From Polyangia bacterium (lineage in GTDB: Bacteria; Myxococcota_A; Polyangia; Palsa-1104; SHYY01), in the NCBI GenBank assembly GCA_036263495.1, contig DATAGU010000153.1, positions 4,611 to 68,610 of the forward strand: 64,000 nucleotides of DNA. The letters run 5' to 3'. This document shows positions 50,847 to 61,499 of the stretch, piece after piece (the stretch's first letter is position 1; each line of letters starts with the position of its first letter). The notes below the pieces were generated by a model. That model ran no database searches. It worked only from the letters and a program-made list of their open reading frames with translations, and was not told the DNA's origin. The position numbers were made by a program, and so were the translations under genes.

Positions 50847-53800
50847 TGGACGCCTCGCCTTCCGTTGGCCGGCGCTACCGGCTCCTCGAGCCGCTCGGCC
50901 GGGGTGGCATGGGGGTGGTCTTCAAGGCGCTCGATCGACTGACGGGGCAGCGGGTGGCCCTCAAGCGCATTCGCATTTCGCCGGCGACGGGGAGCCCGGG
51001 GCGTGGGGCGGAGCCTCTGTCCCGCCGGGTGAGCCACTTCGCGAGCGAGAGCACGCTGACGCCGCGCCCGAGGCCCGACGCGGCTTCGGGAACGGAGGGG
51101 GGCGGGGCGAAGACGGAGCCCACCGTGCCCGAGTCCCTCCGCCTGGCGCTCGCCCAGGAGTTCCGGACCCTGGCGTCGCTGCGTCATCCCCACATCATCA
51201 GCGTCCTCGACTACGGCTTCGACGACGAGCGGCAGCCGTATTTCACGATGGAGCTGCTCGAGGGGGCCGTGCGCCTCGCCTCCGGACCCGAAGGCCCCGA
51301 GGGAACGGGAGGCGAGGGGATCCCCGAGCCCTTGCCGGCGCGCATCGGGCTCCTTCTTCAGGTGTTGCAGGCGCTCACGTACCTGCATCGCCGGGGGGTG
51401 CTGCACCGTGACCTCAAGCCGGCCAACATCCTGGTGGTGCAGTCGGCCGCCGGGCCCCAGGTGAAGTTGCTCGACTTCGGGCTGGCGTTGCCGCGGCGCA
51501 AGGAGGGCGACGCCCGGGGGCAGGTCCTCGGGACGGTGGGGTACATCGCGCCCGAGGTGGTGCGGGGCGAGCCGGTGAGCGAGGCCGCGGATCTCTTCTC
51601 GCTCGGGGTGGTGGCCTACGAGCTCCTCACCCGCCGCCATCCGCTCCTGCCCCGTCCGAGCAGCACGCTCCCGGTGGGGGAGGCGTGCCTGGAGTTCGAC
51701 TTCGACGGGCTCGATCTGCCGTTGCCCGTGGTGGCGGTGCTGCGCCGGCTCCTCGCCCGCGCCCCGGCCGAGCGCTACGCGAGCGCAGAGCAGGCGGCGG
51801 TGGCCCTGGCCAGCGCCGGTCGGGTGCCGCTGCCGGAGGAGAGCGCGACGGTCCGGGAGAGTTTCCTCCAGGCCGCGGACTTCGTCGGCCGCGAGGCGGA
51901 GTTCGAGGCCTTGCGCCAGGCGTTGACCAGGGCCTCCGCGGGCCGCGGGAGCGCCTGGCTCGTGGGCGGCGAGAGCGGGGTGGGGAAGTCGCGTCTCCTC
52001 GACGAGCTGCGGACCTGGGCGCTGGTGGAGGGGGCCTGTGTCCTGCGCGGGCAGGCCACGAGCGATGGGGGGGCGGGTCTCGGGCTCTTCGTGGACGCGC
52101 TCCGGACGCGGTGCCTCATGGGACCTGCCGCCGGCACGGACCCGCTCGACCCGCTCGCGGCCGGTGTGCTCAAGGGGCTCGTGCCCGATCTGCCGCAGCT
52201 CATCGAGGAGGACGTGCCGGATCCGCCGGAGCTCGACGCGCAGGCGGCGCGGCTACGCCTGATGAGCACGGTGGAGCAGCTCCTGAGCGACACGCCGGGG
52301 CTGACGCTGCTCCTGCTCGAGGATCTGCAGTGGCTCGCGGCCGACGCGCTCGAGCTCCTGCAGCGGATGGTGCCGCGGCTCGGCGAGCGGCCGCTGCTCG
52401 TGGTCGGGACCTACCGCAACGACGAGCGGCCGGATCTGCCGCGGCTCCTGCCCGAGGCGTATGCGCTCCTGCTGCACCGGCTGGATCGGGCGGCGATCGT
52501 GGAGCTGAGCGCCTCGATGCTCGGCCGGGCCGGGGCGTCTCCCGGGCTGGTCGAGTTCATCGAGCGCGAGACCGAGGGCAACACGTACTTCATCGTGGAG
52601 GTGGTGCGCGCGCTCGCGGAGGAGGCGGGCTCGCTCGCGGCGGTGGCGCAGGGCCCGCTGCCGCGGGAGGTGTTCGCCGGGGGGCTGCAGTCGATGGTGC
52701 AGCGGCGGCTGCAGCGCATCCCCGCCGGGGCCCGGCCGTTGCTCGCGGTGGCCGCGGTCGCGGGGCGGCAGCTCGACCTGCGTGTCCTGGCGGAGTTCGA
52801 ACCGGAGCTCGACGCCTGGCTGCAGGGCTGCGCGGAGGCGGCGGTGCTGGAGGTCAGCGAGGCCTCGTGGCGTTTCGCCCACGACAAGCTGCGCGAGGGG
52901 CTGCTGGCGGAGCTCAGCGCGGAGACGCGGCAGGGGATCCATCGCCGCCTCGCCGAGGCCCTCGAGCGGGTCTACGGGGAGGCGCTCGAGCATGCGGCGG
53001 CGCTCGCGTATCACTTCGATGAGGCCCGGGTGCCGGGTCGGGCCGCGCGGTATGCCGCTCGCGCGGGCGCCTGGGCGGCTCGGCGCGGCGCGCTCGGCGA
53101 GGCGGTGACGCTGCTCGAGCGGGCGGTCGAGTTGTATGAGGGGCTCGGGCGCCGTGGGCTCGAGCTGGCCGAGGTGCTCTTGAATCTGGCGCGGGCGCTC
53201 CGCGGGCTCGGGCGGATCGAGGAGTGTATCGCCGTGGCCGCCCGGGTCATGGTGCTCGCCGAGCAGCCGCTGCCGGAGACGCCGCTCGAGCGACACCTGC
53301 GGCTCGTCCAGGGCCTGGTGCGCGAATTGATGGAGCGGGTGGGCGTGCCGCGACGTCTGCTCGCGCCCCGGGGGCGCCCGGGCGACCGCATCCTGCTCGA
53401 GCTCCTGTCCTCGGTGGGCGACGCGTTCTTCGTGGCCCCGGGACGGAGCGAAGAGGCGCTGCTCCTCGGGCTCCGCAACCTCCGCCTGGCCGAGGCGCTC
53501 GGCAGCGTGCCGGATCAGGTGGTGATGCTGAGCGGGCTCGGCGGGATCCTCTTCCTCGCGGGCGCGCACCGGCTGGGCAAGCTCTACCTCCGGCGCGCCC
53601 TGGCGCTGGCCGAGGGGGTGGAGGCGCCGCTCGCGCGGGCGACGTGCTACCGCCTCTGGGGCTTCATCCGCAGCATCGAGGGGGACTGGGCGGCGGCGAT
53701 CGAGGATCTGACCCGCTTTGGCAGGCTGTGTCACGAGGTGGGCGATGCGCATCAGGAGGCGGTGGCGTGGATCTGCACCGGGCAGGTGTTGCTCCTGACC

Positions 53801-54553
53801 GGGCGCTGGAGCGAGGCGGAGGTGGATGTCCGGGAAGGGCTCCTGCTGGCGCAGCGTGCGGGGGCCCCGCAGTACCAGGCGATCGGTCTCGGCATGGCGG
53901 GGCTCCTGGAGATGCGGCGGGGTCGGCTCGCACCGGCCCAGGGGCTGCTCGAGAGGGCGTGGGAGCACGTGGAGCGCAGCAGCAACGAGATGTACCGCAT
54001 GTGCGTCCTCGCGTTCCGGGCGCAGCACGCGCTCTGGGCCGGCGAGATGGAAGCGGCCTTGCGCCTGGCGGCTCTGGCCATGGACCCGATGGCCCGCATG
54101 CGCTTGGCGACGCCCATGATCCTGGAGGGCTACCATGCGCTGCTGTCGGTCTGGGAGCACGGGGGGCTCGCTTCTCCGGGAGAGGCCCTCGGCCCGGAGC
54201 ACACCTATTTCGAGGAGGGGCTGCGTCGCCTGCGCCGCCTGACGTCGATCTTCGTCATCGCCCAGCCGCGGGCGCTCTTATGGGAGGGGCGGTGGCAGAT
54301 GCTGCGCGGGCATCGGGACGCGGCGCGGTCGCGGTTCGAGGCCGGTCTGGCGCGGGCCCGGCAGCTCGGGATGCCGTATGACGTGGGGCTCGGGCACCTA
54401 TGGCTCGGTCGGGCCCTGCTCGACCTCCGGGGTCCGGCGGAGCAGGTGCCGCGAGACGCCCGCGCGCACCTGGCCGAAGCGGTGGCTATCTTCGGCTCGC
54501 TCGGTGCGTCCAGAGAGCTCGGGCAGGCGGAGACGTTGCTCGAGTTTGTCTGA
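50847..54553 (+). CDS. Ser/Thr protein kinase fused to an AAA/NB-ARC-like ATPase and TPR repeats (STAND-type signal-transduction protein)
   Basis: Kinase subdomains (LGRGGMGVVFKA, HRDLKPANIL, DFG), P-loop GESGVGKS after the kinase domain, and a long helical TPR-like C-terminus. ~1235 aa. Confidence 0.85.
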
Positions 54554-54582
54554 TCTTCTGTGCGGCTGAGCTGAGACGCGCC

Positions 54583-57402
54583 CTACAGGCGCCCCAGGCG
54601 TTCGAGCGAGGCCTTGAGCTTGGCGATGCGGTCCTGCGACTCCGCGAGCCGCCGCCGCTCCTCCTCCACCACCGCGGGCGGGGCCCGCTCGACAAAGGAG
54701 GGTTTTTCCAGCTTGGCCTGCGACTGCGCCAGATCCTTCTCGGTCTTGGCCAGGTCCTTGGCGATGCGCACCCGCTCGGCGGCGACGTCGATCTGCCCCT
54801 CCAGGTTCACCGCCACGTCGATGTCCATGCCCGCCGAGGCGGCGTCGCCGCCGATCACGCTCACCACGGTGCCGTGCGGCGGCTCGCCGCGCGGCGCCAC
54901 CTGGAGCTCGCGCACGCGCCCGAGCCCCTGGATGAGCTCGGCGTGCGCCTCCACCTCGGCGCGCGTGGCCGCGTCGGCCGACATCACCGTCACGTCGAGC
55001 GGCACGCCCGGGCCCACGTGGTACTCGGAGCGCAGGTTGCGCACCGCGGTCACCACCTGCTGCACGAGCGCCATGCTGCGCTCGGCCGCGGCGTCGATGA
55101 GCGTGTCATCCGCCACGGGGTACATCGTGATCATGATCGAGCCCGAGGAGCCCGAGGGCCGCGGCAGCTGCTGCCAGATCTCCTCGGTGACGAAGGGCAT
55201 GAACGGGTGGAGCAGCCGGCACGCGACCTCGAGCGTGCTCGACAGCACGCCCTGGGCCATGCGCCGCCGCGTCTCGGCCGCCGGCGTGCCCGACCCCTGC
55301 AGCGCAGGCTTGGCCAGCTCGATGTACCAGTCGCAGAACTCGGTCCAGAGGAAGCGATAGATCGCCTGCGCCGCCTCGTTGAACTTGAACGCCTCGAGCG
55401 CCTGATCCACCTCGGCCACGGTGCGCTGCAGCCGCGACAGGATCCAGCGGTCGCCGAGTCCGAGCCGCTCGCGCGCCTCGGACCCGAGCTCGTCGTGCCA
55501 GCGATCCGCGTCGTGGCCCTCGAGGTTCATGAGGGTGAAGCGCGCCGCGTTCCAGAGCTTGTTGGCGAAGTGCCGGTAGCCCTCGACGCGGCTGAGGGCC
55601 AGGCGGATGTTGCGCCCCTGCGCGGCCATGGCCGCGAGGGTGAAGCGCAGCGCGTCCGCCCCCGCCGCCGGGATCCCCTGCGGGAAGTTCTTCTTGATGT
55701 TCTCGAGCGCCTCCTTGGGGGCGCCGTCGCCCTGCGCCTTGGTGAGGAGCTGCTCGAGGGTCGCGCCGTGGATGACGTCCAGGGGATCGATGACGTTCCC
55801 CTTCACCTTCGACATCTTGTCGCCGTTCTCGTCGACCACCAGGGCGTGGAGGAAGACGGTCTGGAACGGCACGTCCTTCATGAAGTGGAGCCCCATCATC
55901 ATCATGCGGGCCACCCAGAAGAAGATGATGTCGTAGCCGGTCTCCATGACCGACGTGGGGTAGAAGGTCCGGAGATCCTTCGTGTCGTCGGGCCAGCCGA
56001 GCGTCGAGAACGGCCACAGCGCCGAGGAGAACCAGGTGTCGAGCACGTCGTCGTCCTGGCGCAGCTCCTTGTGACCGCAGCGCGCGCACGCGGCCGGCGT
56101 CTCGCGCGCCACCGTGGGCTCCTGGCAGGCGGCGCAGTACCAGGCCGGGATGCGATGACCCCACCACAGCTGGCGCGAGATGCACCAGTCCTTGATGTTG
56201 GTCATCCAGTGCATGTACGTCTTGGTCCAGTTCTCCGGCACGAAGCGCGTCTTGCCCTGCTCGACGGCCTCGATGGCCGGGCGGGCGAGCGGACCGGTCT
56301 TGACGAACCACTGCAAGGACAGCATCGGCTCGACCACGGTGCCGCAGCGCTCGCACTGCCCGAGCGACAGCTTGTGCGGCTCCTCGCCCTGGAGCAGGCC
56401 GGCCGCCTTCAGGTCGGCGAGCACGCGCTCGCGCGCCTCCTTCGTGGTGAGCCCGCGGTACGCCGCCGGTGCGTTCTCGTTGAGCTTCGCGTCGGCGTCG
56501 AACACCGAGATCATCTCGAGCCCGTGGCGCAGGCCGGTCTCGAAGTCATTGAAGTCGTGTCCGGGCGTCACCTTCACGGCGCCGGTGCCGAACTCGCGGT
56601 CGACCAGGACGGCGTCGCCGATGATGGGGATGGTGCGGCCGGTGAGCGGCAGCTCGGCGCGGCGGCCGATGAGGTGGCGGAAGCGCTCGTCCTCCGGGTG
56701 GACGGCCACCGCGGTGTCGCCGAGCAGGGTCTCGGGCCGCGTGGTGGCCACCACCAGGCGCTCGCCGCCCGAGGAGCCCTCCACCGGGTAGGCGATGTGC
56801 CACAGCTTGCCGTCGGTGTCCGTGTGCTCGACCTCGAGGTCCGAGAGCGCCGAGTGGCAGCGCGGGCACCAATTGATGAGGCGCCGGGCGCGGTAGATGA
56901 GCCCCTCCTCGTAGAGCCGCACGAAGGCCTCGCGCACCGCGCGGGACAGCCCCTCGTCCATCGTGAAACGCTCGCGCGGCCAGTCGCACGAGGCGCCCAG
57001 CACCTTGAGCTGCTCGAGGATGCGTCCCCCCGAGCGCTGCTTCCACTGCCACACGCGTTCGAGGAACGCCTCGCGGCCGAGGTCCTGGCGCGTCTTCTGC
57101 TCCTCGCGCCACAGGCGCCGCTCGACCACCAGCTGGGTGGCGATGCCGGCGTGATCCGTGCCCGGCAGCCACAGGGCGTTGTAGCCCTGCATGCGCCGCC
57201 AGCGGGTGAGGATGTCCTGCAACGTGGCGAACAGGGCGTGCCCGATGTGGAGCGAGCCCGTCACGTTGGGCGGGGGGATGACGATCGTGTAGGGCGCCTT
57301 GGGCGTGTTGGCGTCGGCGTGGAAGACGTTCTGCTCGATCCACTCGCGATACCAGCGCCCCTCGACCTGGGCAGGGTCGTAGACCTTGGGAAGCTCGTTC
57401 AT
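54583..57402 (-). CDS. valS: Valyl-tRNA synthetase
   Basis: HIGH-type motif PNVTGSLHIGHA, KMSKS (DKMSKVKGN), and a C-terminal coiled-coil tail. Confidence 0.95.
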   Translation of the reverse strand: MNELPKVYDPAQVEGRWYREWIEQNVFHADANTPKAPYTIVIPPPNVTGSLHIGHALFATLQDILTRWRRMQGYNALWLPGTDHAGIATQLVVERRLWREEQKTRQDLGREAFLERVWQWKQRSGGRILEQLKVLGASCDWPRERFTMDEGLSRAVREAFVRLYEEGLIYRARRLINWCPRCHSALSDLEVEHTDTDGKLWHIAYPVEGSSGGERLVVATTRPETLLGDTAVAVHPEDERFRHLIGRRAELPLTGRTIPIIGDAVLVDREFGTGAVKVTPGHDFNDFETGLRHGLEMISVFDADAKLNENAPAAYRGLTTKEARERVLADLKAAGLLQGEEPHKLSLGQCERCGTVVEPMLSLQWFVKTGPLARPAIEAVEQGKTRFVPENWTKTYMHWMTNIKDWCISRQLWWGHRIPAWYCAACQEPTVARETPAACARCGHKELRQDDDVLDTWFSSALWPFSTLGWPDDTKDLRTFYPTSVMETGYDIIFFWVARMMMMGLHFMKDVPFQTVFLHALVVDENGDKMSKVKGNVIDPLDVIHGATLEQLLTKAQGDGAPKEALENIKKNFPQGIPAAGADALRFTLAAMAAQGRNIRLALSRVEGYRHFANKLWNAARFTLMNLEGHDADRWHDELGSEARERLGLGDRWILSRLQRTVAEVDQALEAFKFNEAAQAIYRFLWTEFCDWYIELAKPALQGSGTPAAETRRRMAQGVLSSTLEVACRLLHPFMPFVTEEIWQQLPRPSGSSGSIMITMYPVADDTLIDAAAERSMALVQQVVTAVRNLRSEYHVGPGVPLDVTVMSADAATRAEVEAHAELIQGLGRVRELQVAPRGEPPHGTVVSVIGGDAASAGMDIDVAVNLEGQIDVAAERVRIAKDLAKTEKDLAQSQAKLEKPSFVERAPPAVVEEERRRLAESQDRIAKLKASLERLGRL

Positions 57403-57469
57403 GGGATCCCTCGACGAGAGGCTAGAAGTAGGAAGGCGGACGGCGGTGCCAGCAGGGTCCGTCGAACCG

Positions 57470-59191
57470 TCAGGTGCGCGAGTTGCGCTCCCGCAGATGA
57501 CGCTCGACCTCGCTCCGCAAGATGATCTCGGCCAGCTCGGGGACGACTTCCCACGCGATCTGCTCGATGACCTCGCGGCTCAGCTTGGCGAGCGCCTCGT
57601 ACTCGGGCCCGCGCGCGGCGATGCGGTTCACCGCGTCGGCCACCACGCCCGACACGGCACCTGCGGCCGGCATGACGGGCGTCCCCATCGGGGTCGCCGA
57701 GCGCGGGCGCGGCGGGGCGCTCGGCGCGTTGGGGATCAGGGAAGGCCGCGGCATCTGCGGTACGGCGCCGGGGATCCCCCGCACGGAATGCGGACCCGAG
57801 GGCGATACCGGCACGGGCGCCGAGGGCGCCGCCGACATCGGTGCGGCGGACGCCGCCGACATCGGTGCGACGGGGGCCGCCGCCGTGGGCGCAGGGGCCG
57901 CCGCCATGGGCGGCAGGGTCCGCGACGGGCCGCGCCCCGCGGGCTCGACCGCCGGGGCAGGGGGCGATGGCGCATGCGGCGCTTCCTCGACCTCGGGTCC
58001 CGGCGTCGCCATGCTGGGCGCGCTGACCGGAGCGCTCGGCGTCGCAGGCGCCGCGGCCGCCGGGGCCTCGGCCGAACGCGCCGTCGCCGCGACGGCGGCG
58101 GGCGTGGGCTGCCGGGTCGGAGGCGCAGGCACGGCCGGAGCCGCGTGGCCCTGCGTGCCATCCATGCTGTCGCCCACCCGCGGGCGGCGCAGCGCAGGAC
58201 CCGGCGGCGCGGCCGGAGGCGGCGGCGCGGCCGGAGGCTCGGCCGCAGGAGGCGGTGCGGTGCCCATCATGGGAGGCGGGATCGGCGCTACCACCGAGAC
58301 CTCCCGCGGGGTGATCGTGTTCGAAGGCGAGGCGACCGGCGGCGCGTGCTCGGCCGGTGGCGCGGGCTCACGCTTGGGCAGCGGCGCGACCGCCGAGACA
58401 CCGGTGCGGCCGGGCACGGCCGGCGGTTTGACCGCGGCCGGAGTCGGTGCCGGGGGCGTCGGCGTTCCCCCGACCGGCACACCCGCCGGCGTCATGGCCG
58501 GCATCCCGACGATGGTCTTGGCCGCACCGCGCGGGATGACCGGTCGCGAGGACTCGGGCCGGACCGGGGCCGGCACTCCCGGAGGCTTGGCGGCCGGGGC
58601 CGGCGGGGCCTCCGCGGGGGCGCGAGGGGCCTCCTTGGCAGGAGCGTCGGCCGCCTTGGCGGCCATGGCCGGCGGCGCATCGTGCGCCGGGGCCGCGGCA
58701 GGGGCAGCCGCAGGGGCCGGTGGTGCCGCCGGGGCCGCGGGTTTGAGCACGGCCGGCGAGGCGGCCGGTGTCGGCGTGGGCCGCGGCGGCGCGGCCGCCG
58801 GTCGTGCCGGTGCCGGTGCCCCCGAGCGCTGGGCGATGGCCTGGGCCACGCGATCGATGATGCCCTGGGTATCGAAGGGCTTGGGCACACCCCCATCGGC
58901 GCCCACGCTCTGACCCTTGACCTCATCATAAGGAGTGAAGTTGTTGGTCAGGAGGAGCACTGGGACGTCCTTCAGGCCCGCCTCCCGCAGCGCAGCGCAC
59001 ACCTCGTAGCCGTTCTTGCCCGGGAGCCCGGCGTCGATCAGCACCACATCCGGTCGCTCTTGCCGTGCCCGTGCCACCGCCTCATCGCCGCTCGTCACGG
59101 CGTTCACGACGTAGTCCTCGTGGGCGAACGTGATCTGCACCATCTTTGCGATGGTTGCGCTATCGTCCGCCAACAGGATCTGCTTGGGCAT
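57470..59191 (-). CDS. Response regulator with an N-terminal receiver domain, a ~330-aa Pro/Ala-rich linker and a conserved acidic C-terminal helical domain (RomR-like architecture)
   Basis: MPKQILLADDSATIAKMV...VVLIDAGLPGKNGYEV...LLLTNNF is a CheY-like REC domain. The longer listed ORF start at 59266 is less likely. Confidence 0.7.
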   Translation of the reverse strand: MPKQILLADDSATIAKMVQITFAHEDYVVNAVTSGDEAVARARQERPDVVLIDAGLPGKNGYEVCAALREAGLKDVPVLLLTNNFTPYDEVKGQSVGADGGVPKPFDTQGIIDRVAQAIAQRSGAPAPARPAAAPPRPTPTPAASPAVLKPAAPAAPPAPAAAPAAAPAHDAPPAMAAKAADAPAKEAPRAPAEAPPAPAAKPPGVPAPVRPESSRPVIPRGAAKTIVGMPAMTPAGVPVGGTPTPPAPTPAAVKPPAVPGRTGVSAVAPLPKREPAPPAEHAPPVASPSNTITPREVSVVAPIPPPMMGTAPPPAAEPPAAPPPPAAPPGPALRRPRVGDSMDGTQGHAAPAVPAPPTRQPTPAAVAATARSAEAPAAAAPATPSAPVSAPSMATPGPEVEEAPHAPSPPAPAVEPAGRGPSRTLPPMAAAPAPTAAAPVAPMSAASAAPMSAAPSAPVPVSPSGPHSVRGIPGAVPQMPRPSLIPNAPSAPPRPRSATPMGTPVMPAAGAVSGVVADAVNRIAARGPEYEALAKLSREVIEQIAWEVVPELAEIILRSEVERHLRERNSRT

Positions 59192-59464
59192 CGCTTGTCG
59201 TCCTCCGGCCTGGGCCTGCGGAGAGGGGTGGGTGATCAGCCTCGAATCTCGCCCATTCCATAACACGCAGGTGTGTGGCGGTTCAAGAAAACCGTTGTAA
59301 ATTCAGGGGGGCTCCGCCCCTCCGCCCCGGCGAGCGCGAGCCTCCGCAGCGCCCGCGCGCTCCCACTCCCTTCGTATCATTGTTATGGTGTTATGGTTCG
59401 CGGGGAGGGCGTGAGAGCGGGCGTCCATCGCCGACCGACTGGAAGTAGGCGCCGACCCCCGCCA

Positions 59465-59652
59465 TCGACCGGTGCTCCGACGGTGACATTTCGAGCGTCA
59501 AGAAGTACGCCTTCAAACCCGGCAGCACTGGCGGCCGCCACCTCTTCAAGTGCAAGCCGTGGGGGCTTCACGACCTGGTCTCCGCCGAGTTCAAGGCGCG
59601 GGTAGAAGAAAACGGCCTGATCGGCGCCTACTTCACCCCCGTCGGCGAGTAG
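59465..59652 (+). pseudogene. 3' fragment of an immunity gene homologous to 27095..27673 (orphan immunity remnant)
   Basis: Encodes ...SDGDISSVKKYAFKPGSTGGRHLFKCKPWGLHDLVSAEFKARVEENGLIGAYFTPVGE*, compared with ...SDGEIMIVEEYAFKPGSTDGHHLFKCKQCLLHDLVSAEFKALVEDKGLVGAYFKPVGE*. A second, minus-strand 3' stub (GVGAYFQSVG..., ~59398-59445) abuts it tail-to-tail. Confidence 0.5.
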
Positions 59653-59820
59653 CGTCCGCCGGACGGCGGCGTGGCGGGTGGCGCAGGGGTCGGAACTCCT
59701 GGCGGAGATGGGCAGGCCGTCGGGGCTCGGCCGCGAGCCCCGACGGTTTCCGGACGAAGAGGGGATCGACATCGGCTCGGCGTCGGCCGAGATGGTGGCG
59801 ACTTCAGGGCCGTCCTGCGA

Positions 59821-60171
59821 TTACGAAATCGAGAACTCGACTTCGATGAGGCTCATCTTTCCCGGGATATTGGTGCTCCACTGGCCGGTAAACCGTCCGC
59901 CGTAGCTGGCTGCGATCGTGGGACCGATCTTCTGCGCCTCGTCGTTATTCCAGAGGGGGCCGGCGGGCACCATGCATTTGAACTTCGTGGGACCCGTATT
60001 GGGATCGGCAGGCAACACCACGTCCACAGTGCTCATGACACTGGGAACGACGGTGCGCCATTGGCCGTTGAACGTGCCGCCGTGAGCGGCCGCCACGGCC
60101 TTGCCCTTGACTTGGGCATCTTCGTTGTTCCAGATCGGACCGGCGGGAATACTGATGGTGTAGGTCGACAT
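59821..60171 (-). CDS. Small tandem-repeat (2 x ~55 aa) lectin-like protein
   Basis: AAGGAGAGAG precedes ATG 60171. The two repeats PAGPIWNNEDAQ...GGTFNGQWRTVVP and PAGPLWNNDEAQ...GGRFTGQWSTNIP are clearly internal duplicates. No signal peptide. Confidence 0.5.
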   Translation of the reverse strand: MSTYTISIPAGPIWNNEDAQVKGKAVAAAHGGTFNGQWRTVVPSVMSTVDVVLPADPNTGPTKFKCMVPAGPLWNNDEAQKIGPTIAASYGGRFTGQWSTNIPGKMSLIEVEFSIS

Positions 60172-60556
60172 GGGGCTCTCTCCTTGTTGGGTGGGCCGCC
60201 TTCTATGAAGACGCGCCGGTGGCGAATTCCAACGGTCGCCCTTCAATAACGGTGGACCCCTACGGCCAACGCTCAGCGCAATCGACGCGATCGGCGCCAT
60301 CTTCGTCCGTACCGACCGAATCGTCGGACCCAGCATTGGTGACGACTGAATCCGAGCGCTCTCATTTCTGGAGAGACATCCATCTCGTCACCTATGCAGG
60401 AAGATCTGAAAGAAATCGCCACCACGCGGGCCAGGGCGTAGCCGGTGTGGACTCCCGCCGCCGGCATCGTGCGAAGAGTCGCGCATAAAGCGAGCCCTCC
60501 CTGTCTCTAGCCCTTGAGGGCTTGTTCCGCCTCTCTCAACACAGGAGAACCCCACC

Positions 60557-61474
60557 ATGACGATCACAATGAACGGTGCCTACTTCAATAATTTGGATCA
60601 AAAGTCTGGCCTCAAGACCGCGCTGGCCCAGATCCAGGGGAGCGTGACGACCGACTACATCCTGTTCAGCCTCAACGTGGCGAGCGGCACCAGCCCCGAC
60701 ATCAACTTCGGGCTCACCGGGCCTGTCCTGGCCACCAACGGACAGGTCGCGCCGGCGACCGGCGACTTGCTGTCGAGCGTCGTGAGCGCGGGCGTCGCCA
60801 AGGGCCACTGCCAGTGGGTCTGGCTCTCCATCGGCGGCTGGGGCTCCAACGCGTTCACGAACATCCAGAACATCCTCACCGCCGGCGGCGCGCCTCGGTC
60901 GACGCTGATCGCCAACTTCGGTGCCATCGTCCAAGCGCTCGGCAGCATCAAAGGCGTCGGGAGCATCGGCTTCGACATGGATTACGAGGAGCAGGGCAGC
61001 GACCTGGCCTCTCTCGTGGCGAGCGTGACCATCGCCCTGAATGACGCGTTCAAATGCCCGATCACCTTCTGTCCATATCAGCAGCTCCCCGTGCCGGATC
61101 CCACCCGCTCCCCGTGGATCCAGGCTCTCCAGCAGGTCTATTCCCAGCAGGGGACCCAGCCCGTCGTCGGCTTCAACCTGCAGACCTATGCCGGTGGTGC
61201 CCTAAACGACCCGAGGGCATGGACGGCGGCCATCGCGAATGCGTCGAACACCGGCGTCTCCGACCCTGCGGCCTTCGTCTGGCCGATCGTCTCTTGTGAC
61301 ACCAGCGCCTCGCCGGTCAGTCCGCCCAGCCAGGTGATTCAGAAGATGAAGGAGTGGGGCTCGCAGGGGGCCTCCCTCTGGGCCACGGCGTCCCTGCCCT
61401 ACGAGGGCAACCCTCTGGCGGCCTACGGCAACGCGATCACCGCCGGCATCACCCCCCCACCGACTCGTCGCTGA
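60557..61474 (+). CDS. GH18-like (chitinase-like / narbonin-like) protein without a signal peptide
   Basis: WLSIGGWG (SIGGW motif) and GFDMDYEE (DxDxE-like catalytic motif region). Confidence 0.55.
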   Translation: MTITMNGAYFNNLDQKSGLKTALAQIQGSVTTDYILFSLNVASGTSPDINFGLTGPVLATNGQVAPATGDLLSSVVSAGVAKGHCQWVWLSIGGWGSNAFTNIQNILTAGGAPRSTLIANFGAIVQALGSIKGVGSIGFDMDYEEQGSDLASLVASVTIALNDAFKCPITFCPYQQLPVPDPTRSPWIQALQQVYSQQGTQPVVGFNLQTYAGGALNDPRAWTAAIANASNTGVSDPAAFVWPIVSCDTSASPVSPPSQVIQKMKEWGSQGASLWATASLPYEGNPLAAYGNAITAGITPPPTRR

Positions 61475-61499
61475 CGGCCGGTGAGGGCATGAAACGCCC

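Noticed and set aside
50837-54202. Minus and alternative-frame ORFs inside the STAND kinase (50837..51640, 51685..53022, 52253..54202, 53224..54381)
   Set aside because: The + frame from 50847 carries kinase, P-loop and TPR motifs continuously.
54400-57525. 1041-aa + ORF, plus 55106..56356 and 56546..57343 minus in the wrong frame
   Set aside because: Antisense or off-frame to valS.
57386-59263. 625-aa + ORF and 57522..58913
   Set aside because: Antisense to the response-regulator gene; poly-Arg/Gly composition.
59383-59772. 129-aa minus ORF and neighbouring ORFs 59273..59605, 59550..59849, 59671..60249
   Set aside because: Mixed-frame readings through the immunity-gene fragments; only short homologous stubs are real, and they are truncated.
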